A DNA stretch of 64,000 bases, taken from Azolla caroliniana. Its lineage: Eukaryota > Plantae > Polypodiophyta. The notes beneath the pieces were generated by a model, which was given only the letters and a program-made list of their open reading frames with translations, did not search any database and was not told the DNA's origin. The translations under genes and the position numbers were made by a program. Position 1 is the first letter of the stretch. Every line of letters begins with the position of its first letter. Positions 26,501-39,500 of this stretch are shown here, piece after piece. The stretch is from assembly GCA_043228905.1 (NCBI GenBank), contig JBHGNT010000022.1:248001-312000 (forward strand). Direction: 5' to 3'.

Positions 26501-28902
26501 CCGGTTAGCACTCGAGGATCCGGCCGAAGACGGTGAAGAAACAAAACCGGCCGAAGAGGATGAAAATGATACCGGAACCGGCCCCGATCCCGAAATGGAT
26601 TCGGATGAAGAAGAAGAATCGGAAGAACCGGTTACCGAAGCTCCCGAACGGAGATATCCTCTAAGAGAGAGGAGGGCCCCCCGGAGATTTCCGGATCCAG
26701 AGCACGTGCTGCTAACCGACGAGGGGGAGCCGGAGAGCTTTGAAGAAGCAAAGCACGACACCCAGAGCCGCAGGTGGTTGAGTGCCATGCAGGACGAGAT
26801 GGATTCCCTGCATGAGAACCACACATATGAACTTGTGGAGTTGCCGAAAGGAAAGCGGGCACTTCGTAACAAGTGGGTGTTCAAGCTGAAACCGGGAGAT
26901 GCCGGAAACCCCCCGAGATACAAAGCCAGGATCGTGGTGAAGGGGTTTCAGCAGAAGAAGGGCGTCGACTTCGACGAGATATTTGCCCCGGTAGTGAAGA
27001 TGACCTCCATCCGGACGGTGCTGAGCATAGCGGCAAGCATGGACCTCGAGGTAGAACAGATGGACGTGAAGACGGCATTCCTTCACGGTGACCTCGATGA
27101 AGAGATCTACATGCAGCAACCGGAAGGATTCGAGAAGAAAGGGAAGGAGCACCTGGTATGCCGGTTGAAGAAGAGCCTTTACGGACTGAAGCAGGCTCCC
27201 CGGCAATGGTACCGGAAGTTCGACGAAGGGTACCTCAAAACGCAGTCCGACCACTGCGTGTTTGTGAAGAAGTTCGAAGGAGGAGACTTTCTAATACTCC
27301 TCCTGTACGTGGACGACATGTTGATCGTCGGACGGGACCAGGTCAAGATACGGATGCTGAAGAAGGCTCTTCACCGAACCTTCTCAATGAAGGACTTGGG
27401 TCCGGCGAGACAAATACTAGGGATGCACATCATCCGGGACCGGAGCAAGAAGCAGTTGTGGCTGTCACAGGAGAAGTACGTGACAAAGGTGCTTAAACGG
27501 TTCAACATGTCGGAAGCAAGACCGGTCGGATCGACCCTCCCGGCAAACTGCAAGCTGTCCAGCAAGCAAAGTCCCAAGACAAAGGCTGAAAAGGAGGATA
27601 TGATGAAAGTGCCGTATGCCTCAGCCGTCGGGAGCTTGATGTACGCCATGGTGTGTACGAGACCGGACATCGGATATGCAGTCGGAGTGGTGAGCCGGTA
27701 CATGAGCAATCCCGGCAAAGAGCATTGGAACGTGGCCAAGTGGATACTCCGATACCTGAAGGGCACGGCAAACGTGTGCCTCCGATTCGGCTCCGGTAAG
27801 CCCGAACTCGACGGCTTCACCGATTCGGATATGTCGGCTGATGCAGATACCAGCCGGTCCACATCAGGGTATGTGATGACGTATGCAGGGGGAGCCGTTT
27901 CGTGGCAGTCGAGGCTGCAGAAGACGGTTGCGTTGTCAACCACGGAGGCGGAGTACATGGCGGCTGTTGAAGCCGGCAAGGAAATAATATGGATGAAGGA
28001 CTTCATTAGAGAGCTCGGTATCCGGCAGGAGGAGTACCGACTCTACTGCGACAGTCAGAGTGCAATCCACCTTGCGAAGAACGCGGCCTATCACTCCCGG
28101 ACGAAGCACATCCAGCGAAGATATCACTGGATCCGGGAAAGGATAGAAGACAAGGAGTTCGTGCTGACAAAGATCCACACGGACGAGAACGGGTCGGATA
28201 TGCTGACCAAGGTGCTCACACCCGACAAGCTGGAAGCATGCCGGAAGAGGATCGGATTGGAGAGACATCCCATGCCGAAGTGAAGGGGGAGTTTGTTGGG
28301 ATTACGGTCCCTTCAGATGGGATGGTCGGATGTCGGAGATGAATGCCGACGAGCCCGGTTTCGGTTTCGGAACCGGATGATGAAGACCCCGGCTTCGGAG
28401 CCGGATGACGAATGTACCCGGGGAGAGATCCGGATGCAGGGACATATCCGTGAATATGTTTGCTAAGGGCCCCTGAGGCTATAGTTGTAAATAGCCCCAA
28501 AGTCATATATGTATAAATATGACTTAGGGCAAACAGTTTTACTGTTGTTGATCATTTTTCTGTTTTTCCACTCAAGAGGAGTGAAGAGTGAGCAGCCGTG
28601 AGAGAGAGAGAGAGATAGAGCGTGAGAGAGGAAGAGGACGACGCCTCTTTGTATTTCCGCCGCCTGTGGCGAGGACAGCGAGCTCAAGGTCGTCGCCTTG
28701 CAGCTCGCCATTGTATACTTCTCTGTGTATAGTGGTGGTTTGGAGTCTTGTACTCCCGTGGTTTTTCCCGTTCAGGGTTTTCCACGTTAATCCCTGCGTA
28801 TTCGTGTTTCTCTCTGTGGTTTCCTATTTTCTGCTGCATTGATTCGCGCTTACTCGGTTGTGGCCGAGTGAAGAAGGAGAATCGAAGCGTCGATTCCCAA
28901 CA
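23583..28902 (+). mobile_element. Young Tnt1-like Copia; 609-bp LTRs 23583-24191 and 28294-28902; TSD TGTAA
   Basis: LTRs are near-identical (two substitutions seen by eye); PBS TGGTATCAGAGC at 24195; PPT GAAGGGGGAG. Confidence 0.97.
24222..28283 (+). pseudogene. gag-pol: Copia gag-pol polyprotein, intact except for one in-frame TAG (24615-17) and a probable 5-codon deletion in RT
   Basis: ORFs 24147-24617 and 24639-28283 are in the same frame; CCHC, WVVDSGAS, IRADNGGEY, YVDDMLI and FTDSD motifs. KFD|EGY lacks the SFMxD seen in the paralogue at ~10445. Confidence 0.93.
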
Positions 28903-31900
28903 TGTAATTACTCCCAATTGATGACACCGTTTACTGATATTCTAAAAGGTCAAACGCGTAAGTCTACAAAACCTATTGCCTTTAAAGAACTCAAGGACCT
29001 GGTGTGCAAGGCTCCTTCACTTCTTTTACGTGATCCTTCAACACCTTTTGAGGTTGAAACCGATGCAAGCGATTATGCTGTAGGTGTTTTCTTATATCAA
29101 GATTGTAAACCAATAGCATTCAAGAGTAAGAAACTTGATTCTGCTCAATGTTGGTATATTGTTCAAGAAAAGGAGTTATTTGCAATTATACATGCGCTCA
29201 AAACATGGCGCCATTATCTTTATCGAAATCGCTTTGTGGTAACTATGGACCACGAGTTCTTGAAATATTTTTGTGACCAACAAGACCTGAAAGGTCGTAA
29301 GGCATGATGGGCTGATCTCATCCAGGACTTTGATTTTTCCATACAATATCGTAAAGGTTCCATGAACACTGTCGCTGATGCATTAAGTCGCATCCGTGAA
29401 GTTAACATGCTTAGCTTCACTGAAATAACATCAGATCTTTATGATCACCTTCAAGGAAAGTATCCTGATGAAAGTTATTTTGCAAAATATTGGGCAAGAG
29501 TTCAGTCTGGAACAGACAGCACCACATCCTGGAAGGAATACTTCCACATTGCTAACGGTCTGCTCTACCATAATGGGAAGGCTTGTGTTCCAGATTTTCC
29601 TAAGGTCAAAAAGAGAGTTCTTTTTATGATGCACCCTCAGCAGGGCACCCTGGAATACATCATACACTCATTCTAATCTCCACTCAATTCTATTGGCCTA
29701 AGATGCGCCCTAGCATACATAGCTATGTGACTAAATGTCACCAATGTCAGGTTAACAAAGTCGAGCAATCTAAAGCCGCAAGACTTTTACATCCCTTGGA
29801 CATTCCCAATAATAAGTGGGAAAGTATATCCATGGATTTTATTGTTAGCCTTCCTCGCACCCAAAAAGGCCATGATGCCATCTCGGTTGTGGTTGATAGA
29901 CTAACTAAAATGGCCAAATTTATTGCTACTAAAACTATGGTAACAACTCCTAAATTGGCTTACCAATTTGTTGACGAGTTATTTCGTTTTTATAAGTTAC
30001 CAATGGATATCGTGAGTGATCGAGATCCAAAGTTTACTAGTGACTTATGGACGCAAGTCTTCAAGAAGTTAGAAACTACATTGACCATGAGCTCCACGGA
30101 TCATCCTCAATCCGATGGAGAGATAGAATGAGTAAATCAAATTATTCAGGACATGCTTTGAGTATACATTGGTGCAAAACCAACAAAATAGGAATGTTAT
30201 CTCCCAATTTTGGAGTTTGCTTATAACAGCTCCAAGCATACGTCAACGGGATATAGTCCTTTTATGTTGATGTATGGTTTTCAGCCACGAACCCCGATTG
30301 ATGTTAATATACATCATGATGAGTTGCAAAGTACACAAAATTTTCTTCAGGATATGCAAGATATGTTGCATATTGCACGAGATAATATAAAAACAACTCA
30401 ACATAGAGTGCGTTTTTATGCCGATCATCATAGGCAACCCCGTGTATTCAACCCTGGACAGAAGGTATTTTTACGTGTACCTCACAATTCTAAGACATTG
30501 TCTAAGGGTAAGTGCGCTAAGTTAGCCCCATGGTTTTCTGGACCTTTTACAGTCCTCAATTGCATTGGGTCATCAACCTATCGTCTCGCTCTTCCCAATG
30601 GTGTTGAAATTCATCCAGTTTTTCATGTGAGTCGTCTAAAAGAACTTCTAGGTTCTGGTGACAATGCAATTACAACTGAATTATCTTCTAAACCACATGT
30701 ACCAAAAAGAATTCTCGATGTTAAAACAAAAAAATTATGTACTAAAGAAATCTGAGAAATCAAAATAAAATGGATGAATAAATCAATAAAAGATGCCACA
30801 TGGGAATGCGAAATTTCTCTCAGAACTAACTTCCCTAACTTTCCATTGCAAGAGTGCAATGTTTTAAAGAGTGGGAGTATGTTACAGGCATGACCATATA
30901 ATATCCCATGGTGAGAATTTACCGTAGTATTCTATACACGTAGATAAGTGTGAGGGTTAAATGAGAGTATAAAGAAAGGGAGGATTACTTTTAATCCTCG
31001 GGATTGAGACAACCCACTAGGTCAAGTGTGAACTTGCTTGGGGGCCTTGGGTATCACTATAAATAAGAGGTCTAGCTACCCTCATTTCATCGTCTTTTGA
31101 CTACGTCGAGACTTTGTTCTTGTGGTGGGTCAACTCTTGTAGCGAGCGCGCCAGCACCAGGTACGACTTGACGCCACAACGGTGGTATGGGACGCCGATC
31201 GAGGCTCGAGTCCGTCTCAATCCCTTCGCTCGGGGGTGGTCGGGTGGATCGGCACCCTTCTTTCTCTCTCTCCTTTCTATCTAGATCTATTGTTTATCCT
31301 TGTCCTTTGCTTACATTAGTACATATCCCTAATAATAACGAAGAATCTAGTCTCGGTCGGCCCGATCGTGGAATATGGCATGCAAGTTCGATTCAACGAT
31401 GCTCGTTGCTTCATCGAAAAGGAAGGCCAAATTATCGCTTCGGTCGAAGAGAAGGTCGAATGTTCATCCTCGATTCTCACGAGGTGAAATCGGCAATGTT
31501 TGCCAAGGGCCATAAAGTCGACACCGACATAGAGCTATAGCACAATAGAACTGGCCACATTAATCTCCGGAAGCTCAAAGGAATGCAATCAAAAGGAGTC
31601 GTCATTGGACTCCCGACCTTTACGGAGAAGGAGATTACAGGTGTATGTGAAGCTTTCCAATTCGACAAACAACATTGACTAACAACTATTCCCAAAAGAG
31701 AGGAACATGAGTGAAGGGATCCTAGATGTAATACATTTAGATATATGGGGACCAACCCAAATGGTAACATTTGGTGGTTGCCGGTACGATGTGACATTCA
31801 TTGAAGACTTCTCTAGTCACACCTAAATATTCCCAATGCAGCAGAAGAGTCAAGTATTCTCACACTTCCAAAAATTCAAAAATGAAGTCGAAAAGGCAAC

Positions 31901-33034
31901 CAGTCGGCATGTTTGATACCTTCAATCGGACAACGACAAGGAGTATTTCTCTGATGCCTTCACAACATACCTTCAACAAGAAGGAATTCAGCGGGTGTTT
32001 CCTTGCTGACACACATCTCAACAAAACGGAGTAGCCGAATGAAAGAACTGGCATATACACGAGGTGGCAAGGGCATTAATGAATGAGAAACATCTGTCGA
32101 AATCATACTAGGCTGACGCGCTGAACACGGTCGTCTATCTAATGAATCAGAGCACAACATTCCCGATGAAAAGCCGCAAAAACTTGATCCGAAATCGGAG
32201 AAATGTATCCTTGTGGGGTATAAGTGCTTCAACCCCTCTACCAAGAAGGTACGCATGAGTAGAGATGTCATACTCAATGAATCAGCATCCTGGTACATAG
32301 TCGACTCAACTCCATCCGATCCAATCGAAACCGATTCCGATATAATCGACTGGGAGGAGGAGGATCGACTAAGGCCGACATAAGAAGAAAGTCCAATCTT
32401 AACCAGATTGAGTGGACCACAAGAGCCACCGAGTGACCAAAGCATGTCGCGGCCGAGTCCGAAATAGGACAAAGGAAAGGCCAAAATGCATGAGTACGAA
32501 GACTCAGATGGAAACGAATCGGATCACTCTCGCGATAGTGAGTACGGTGGATTGGATGTCCCTATCATGAGGACACCAAGAGCCGAGAAATCGCTCACGA
32601 AGACAAGTGAACAACCACGTCAATCCAGCCAAGAGAAGAACGTAGTTAGCCAATTCGGCTAGAAACACGTTCGCGTTCACAAGTGGAAGGATTGCGCATT
32701 CCACTTGTAGAATCTTCTTGAAACTATCCAAATACACCCTCTCTACAAAAATTGGATGCACTAGTATCACATGTTCCACAACTTGATTAGAATTTGCAAA
32801 TATAAAAATACAAGATAGGTCTACGAGTGGAGAACATTAGAAATCATGCAAGTTTGGACGTGTTGATAAGTTAATGTAGGCATAATAAAGTTCAACAATG
32901 GCTCAATATGTCACTAACAAGGGAAACACTAAGTTAAAGACTTATATTAATTTGGTAAGTTTTACAAAATAATGAGGTGTACTTGTATCTATACTAATAA
33001 AATGAGTTATAATTTATACTTTGACCCATACGTG

Positions 33035-33310
33035 CATGTATATAATTGTGGACAATGTAGGGTAGTGCACTTTAGGATAATGTGATTGGAATAACTAACT
33101 TATTAAAGTATTCAATACTTGAATTTAAAGTTGATCTAATCTATTCCTCAGTTTGTTTGTATGGGATCAAACCATATGTATATAATTGTGGACAATGTAA
33201 GGCAGTGAACTTTAGGATAATGTCATGGAAATAACAAACCTATTAAAGCTTTCATACCTGTATTTAAAATTGATCTACTCTATTGCTTAGGTGATTCACA
33301 CAGGATCAAA
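33035..33310 (+). repeat. Two ~140-bp subterminal direct repeats in the DNA transposon
   Basis: TATATAATTGTGGACAATGTA...TTTAGGATAATGT...GGATCAAAC at ~33039 and ~33179. Confidence 0.8.
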
Positions 33311-36300
33311 CTCCGAACGATAACGCAACTGGAACTACAAGCGTATAAAAACATGTGGATAACGCTAGTGGAATCATTATCAACACACTACACAATGTAA
33401 TTAGCAATGGAATACAAACATAATAGTTTTAACAATAGAAAACAAAGATCCATAATAACAACATGGACAGTCATGGCAACAATTGAGATCATGTTATGTT
33501 AAGGTTACCTTGGACCAAAATCAGCCTCAATTGAAACTAATTCATGTTTCTCCATAAATTTGGTAGTCAACTATGCACGCGATGAAACCAATGTTAGAAG
33601 TCTACTAACCAAGTATATAAAAATAAAATTGAAACATATAGAAGATTATAAAGAATAGAATCCACCAAGTAAAACCCAAAATTTGTATTAATAATGTGAA
33701 ATCCAAACAAATCGTTAGTGTCATTTTCTTCATAGAGTCTATTACATAGCAATCAATTCATCAATGTCATTTTCTTCATCATCTTGTGTAGAACTCTCTT
33801 CGGCTATACGTGCATTGGCTTCCCTTGTTAGCCGAGCCAATGAAATATCTTCTATAAACTCATCATCAAGCTCTATTAGCTGCCCCGGTTCGCCGGCTAA
33901 CGGAGGAATAGGCTCTCGGGAAGCAGGTTGAAACCTTTCTGTATTATCGAGGTTCTTTGCACCGACCTCCTCGTCCTGGTCTGGGCACTCCCACAAAGCC
34001 TTAATCCTCATATTTATAAATATAACCTACTCCTCGTCCTTCTCCAATGCAACTGTATTTCTAAAGAGCTTCAATGCACATGTAGACATTGTTCCTGTGA
34101 AGAAAGTAACAAGAAGAATTAGTTGTCAAACAAAAAAGATTTGGTATTGGTTATCTCAAGATCGTTACCCTAGTTTGAGGAATACTTGTGCCAGAAAAGA
34201 GATCTAATATCCAGTCTCCTTCTATAGAAAACATCTTGATCAAGCGCATCATAAGTCGTTGAGGTTTTTGATATGGGTTGACAAGTCCCTGTTCTGTTGT
34301 GGTGTCATTAGAATGCAATTTCCGTGTCACTATTGGCTGGATATACCGACAGATTTGAACCTCCCACTTCATTAGAATGCTCCTTGATTCTTTGTTTCTT
34401 AATTTCATCGAAGTAACCAACCGTGATGTATTCAATGGCATTAACGAACCGAAAAGTTGGCCCTCTATTTACATTGGTTTTTATCCTATAAAAAATAATA
34501 CATCGAGTTAAGAATAGATTAAACAACCTTAAGAAATGCAATATAGTGAAGGACACCTATAAATAATCCTTACCATGCAAGGTTCTCGATGCCATGGCAA
34601 CGAGATCTCAAAGCTTGAGCTACCAAGTACCCTTGGTCCATACTATGAATGACAACTATTCGCCACAAGGATGCAGTCGTTAGCTCAGCGAAATCCTTGA
34701 TCATCTTCTCCAACTGTTTAAACCTAAACGGTTCATCGTCGTATGATGACCCAACCATTCGAAATTCGTAAGGAATATCCGCAATCATTAGCGTATATTC
34801 CTTCTTTGGCACTTTTTGGATCAAGTCGACGACATCGCCGCAAACCACATTGTAGTAAAGATCTCTCGTAATATCTTTTTTGTGGCTAAATTTTTTAAAG
34901 GAGCCATCTTCCTCCATTTTGTACACCTTGACTAAGCGACAATCCTTTTCTTTTCTGGCTCGCTCGAGATATGCAAGGAAGGATGTACGGAAATTGTGTA
35001 TATCCTTAACTTCTCCTTGTTTCTTGCCACGACACAGTTTCTAATAGAAGCAATAGGACATCAAGTTTTATTATACAAGCTCTACATATGATGAAAGTGT
35101 AATGATAAACCACCAATACTAACCCAATCCTTGAATGCAATAAAATACTCCGATAATGCCTTATATGAAGACGTTAGAGGATAATCCTCGGTCACTTGTT
35201 CCCAAGTTATACATCCAAGTTGTTTCATCATAACTTCTTGGATCTTCATGTACACCTTATGACTGTAAAATTAGAAATCAAGATTAAAACTTTGAATTAC
35301 ACCATATAGACTTCAATATCAGTATTTGAAAGACTTACTTATTGAACTCAGTGACCATTTCTTCAAGGCTTAAATCTTTCGCCACAACCCTTGACAAAAC
35401 AAATACAAGAAGATGTTTGTCCTTATACCTTGTATCATTCTCCATAGAGACAACTTCATGTCGTCAGCCGCTTCTTCAATTGTCAAGTCAATTTTCTTGG
35501 CTGCTTGTGACTTTAACTCTAGTTGAGGGTCAACCTTACATTTCTTTTGTTGTTGACCCTTTACCTCCTTATTCTCCCACATTGAGAAGATTTGATCTTG
35601 TAGGTCCCATACTTCTCCATCTCTAAAGGCCAGTTGAAACCAAGACTCATATTTTTGGAGACTATTGGACTTAACATTATCATCTACCACAATACCGACT
35701 TCATGTAGACATTGACGTCATAGACCTGGATGTAGCTTCACACCAAACTTTTGTTTCACGTCCAAATACTCGTGGTGGAAGAACCTTATACGCTCAATCG
35801 ACAACATTTTCTGCCTATAGTCATTATCATTATTATGGTCCCGTGCCAATAGCTTTGCCTCTTCAGTTGTGAGCCCCACGTAAATTTTGCACCTCGTCAT
35901 ACTTGAAGAAGAAAGTCGTTGGATGTTCTCTCACAAGTTGCCGATGTGCCTCCGCTGAATGCGATCCACTAATGACAAAGTAATTATATTGATCATGCTT
36001 TCTAATATCAAAATCTTCAATGGTTTCACATTCTTCAGGATCTACCATAACAATAAAAGGCACCACAATGGCATGAGGATTAATTTTAATTTTTTTCTTG
36101 AGATTTTGAACATTCATGCGGTGTGGCTCTCTAATCTCAAGTGGTTTTCGTCCTATCTTTTCATCAATAGGGGACCGATGGATGTGTGTTATAGGAAAAT
36201 TAAACACTTGCTCTCTCCTTATCTTATTCTGCTCGGATGACAACACACCCGATGCCAGCTTAGCTCTTGGCGTCCCCTTAGTGTCCTCCTCTTCGTTTTC

Positions 36301-36575
36301 ACTTGATAAATCAGAGTCTGACATTTTGGTTGTCTTCTTCTTTGGTGGTCTTGATTGTACTTTAGATACCCTTTTTGTGGCCTTCACTAGGGAGGGCACT
36401 TCCTCCCTTAGAGTTACATGGCCTTGTATATAAGGCCTCAAGGTAACAATAAGGTTTTGTGAGCTTTCAAGATCTTTTTTGAATGCTTCTGGCCCACAAG
36501 ATTCCTTTACTAGAAGATCTTCTGAAAGGAACACTTTACGTACCCCCTTGGAGCACTCTATCATTACAAGTACGT

Positions 36576-39500
36576 TGTCGTGCCTTTCGGCTCCGGATCG
36601 TTTGCGTGAGTCGGGTGGGAACCACCGGGGTTTTGGACTAGGAGGAGGAAGAATTTGAGGCTAATCTAGTTATGAATATGAATAGATTATAAGAAAGAGA
36701 TATAGAAACTTGTGAATCCCACAAGTATAATTGTTTTAGTTTATCTAAATCGTAGTAATAAATTGAAATAATTTAGAATAGATTAGAGTAGATTGAGAAA
36801 AGAGATCAAACCTTGTGAATCCCACAAGTATTACATTAATCAATATTTATGTAAGAATATGAATTTAGATTGAAAGAGATAGATTATCTTAAACTTCGTG
36901 AATCCCACGAGTATATTTTATTGATTGTTGGTGTTTTAGGAAATATATCCAATTTCCCAAATATTTTTCACACACCTATTACATTGTGCTCCCCATCCTT
37001 ATGTAGTGATGGGAGAGACTAAGCATAGCTACATGCTTTTTTTCTAATATGTTCATGCACACTAAATGTGCATGTGATGCTTTTCTAATCCTTGCTTTTA
37101 TTTGCTAAATATAGTGCTCATGCACGCTAGATGTGCATGAGTCACTTTTTAGTCGCTTGCGTTTTTCTATAAAATATTCACGCACTCTAAAAATACATGA
37201 TTTACCTTTTAATAAAGGTAGGCGCAAATAAAGCACTTATAGTTATTAAATCTATTTATAGAACACTAAAGATAAGGTAGTGTAATGGTAAAGTTGGGGT
37301 TTGGCTACGTGGAGGTACAAGGTTCGAATCCTGCCCTATGCACGTGATAAATATTTTGATATTCTTATTTTATTTATTTATATGTAATTTAATCATTTAT
37401 ATTATTTTTACTTTTTCACGTAGTGTACGAAATACACTACGACACTCGCCCCCTCCGAACCCGCACATCCTCCGGTATGTGCCGAAGTTGCCGATGCTCG
37501 TTGTCTCCCCTTCATCCTCCGTTTGTCCCGCTATGTCAACTTTGTCTCTCCATTTTGAGTAGACCCATTCTTTCCACCCGAACCATTGTCGCCATCCGAT
37601 CCACCATATTCTTTGTTCATTCTTTGCATTGCCATGAGTGGTTGTCATGGTCCCTTGTGGTACTCTTGAGCATCTCGGTGTGTTGTCTCTCTCCACTCCG
37701 CGCTTGTCTTCCGTAGGTTCTACCCACGCGTCGATGTCGACCTCCGAATACGCGCTCGCTGTTAGGTCCTTGTGCGGCTTTAATGCATGCTTTATTTCTC
37801 GATGTTGCGCATGCGTCGTATTAGGCCGTAGCGCATGCTTCGTATTCCATCGTAGTGCATGCGCCGTATTACCCCGTAGTGCATACTTATTTTTGCACCG
37901 TAGCGCGTGCTTCTTTTTGCGCCGTAGCGTGTGCTTCTCTTTACGCCGTAGCACGTGCTTCTTTTGGTGCCGTAGTGCGTGCTCCGTATTACATGCTTCT
38001 CCCATCGTAGACCCGACCTTCGCGTTGTCATGCTTTTGTTTACATCGGAATTTCAGACGGATCATCTTCCATCCGAACCGGCTTCCGACTTTACCTTCCT
38101 TGTTGCCACCTCCCGTCTCTCCGGTCTCACGTTGGTTCTCGGACACAACCGCCGAAGTCTCTAGAATTAGTGGGTAGGAATCCTCGGTATTATCATCCTC
38201 CGTTGTTTCACCCATAGCCATATTCTCGGCTATCTCTCCGTCATACGCATCAGCTTCAACCTTTGATTTCTCTCCGCCACCTTCCGTCTCTTCGGTCTCA
38301 CGTTGCCTTTCGAACGCAACCGCCGGAGTCTCTAGAATCAGTGGTGGGGAAGTCTCGATATGGCCATCCGTCGTTGATTCGTCCATAGCCACCTTCGATT
38401 CGATGTCATCTTTCGTGGCAACCTCCTCAATCAAGTCCTCTTTGCTCTCTTTCACTGCATCAATTATGCTTACCCCTTTTTCACCCGATGTTTCGGACAC
38501 TTGTATTCTGAAATCTTCTTCTACACTTGGGTTATCGGCCTTATCCTTCGTCGTTGTTCTTTCGCAAGACAAGAGGGTAGCTTGTTTTACACCCTCTTCC
38601 GTCGCACCATCATGTTGTATTTCGGCCTTCATATCGGCTCCATCGTTTGTCTTCAATCGACCATCCTTCATCGGCCATGTTGTTGACAAGATTCTCATCT
38701 TCCTCTCATCATGTCTCCGGCATACCCTTTGGACTTCGGCCCAATCTTCGGTAAGACCATTCGCACCGTCATCGTCTTCGAGTTCAATCCCGATGTCCTT
38801 CCTTTCTTTCCGATCAATCGATCTTACGAACATTAGGACTTTGTCCTCCCCCACCAATCTTTGTTCCTGCTCCGAGAGTCGAGCAAAACGATGCTCGAAC
38901 TCTAGGAATGCTTGTGTTGCACTTTGGTGGGTCTTCTCCGATGCCACCCATTCGTCGAATTCTCGCCGATCTTGTCCCTTTGATCTCTTGTAATCATATG
39001 CCTCTCGTAAAGCTTCTTCGAATGACCCCCATGTCGAGTTTTGTTGCCGTATCTTGTGGATTCTCTCTTGTAGCTCATCCGTGGCCACCCGATTGAAGGA
39101 TGTCACTTGCAATCCTTCCGGTATCCCACATCGTATCATCTCTGCCTTGTAGTCATGTAGATAGCGTGATAGATCGTTTCCATTGAATTGTCCGTTTCGT
39201 TGTACGAGCCGCTTTACTACCGCCGTGATCTCCGACATCGCTTGTTGTTCTTGTAGCATCCGTTCGAACATCATCATCATCGTTATGCTCATCGCCTCTT
39301 GTTGATTCTCCATCTCCTTGCCACCCGCCTTCACGTCGGGTTCACCAACTGTGTCGTGCCTTTCGGCTCCGGATCGTTTGCGTGAGTCGGGTGGGAACCA
39401 CCGGGGTTTTGGACTAGGAGGAGGAAGAATTTGAGGCTAATCTAGTTATGAATATGAATAGATTATAAGAAAGAGATATAGAAACTTGTGAATCCCACAA

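Larger units (their letters stand above)
13672..31334 (+). mobile_element. Chromovirus-type Gypsy, complete but degenerate; LTRs 13672-14118 and 30880-31334; TSD ATAAC
   Basis: PBS TGGTATCCGAGC (Met-i), CCHC knuckle CVFCKKKGHTKEQC, protease LFDSGSSHNF, RT ([13 protein letters not shown]), RH ETDASDYAVG, INT SDRDPKF, GPF motif, C-terminal chromodomain (..IKW....DATWE) and PPT AAGAGTGGGAGTA. ATAAC lies at 13667-71 and 31335-39. Confidence 0.95.

Noticed and set aside
32660-32670. piggyBac (TTAA|CAC...) or CACTA-type termini for the DNA transposon
   Set aside because: The flanks of CAC...GTG (GAAA / TTTA) are not a duplication. The AAC...GTT + TAGA reading restores the host Copia without an indel.
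33742-36564. Bacterial contamination or prophage as the source of the ParB-methyltransferase
   Set aside because: The gene has five phase-compatible GT-AG introns and is nested with a TSD inside plant retrotransposons.
37271-37340. Functional tRNA gene
   Set aside because: The A/B boxes are present, but there is no convincing anticodon arm or full acceptor stem, and it is part of an LTR.
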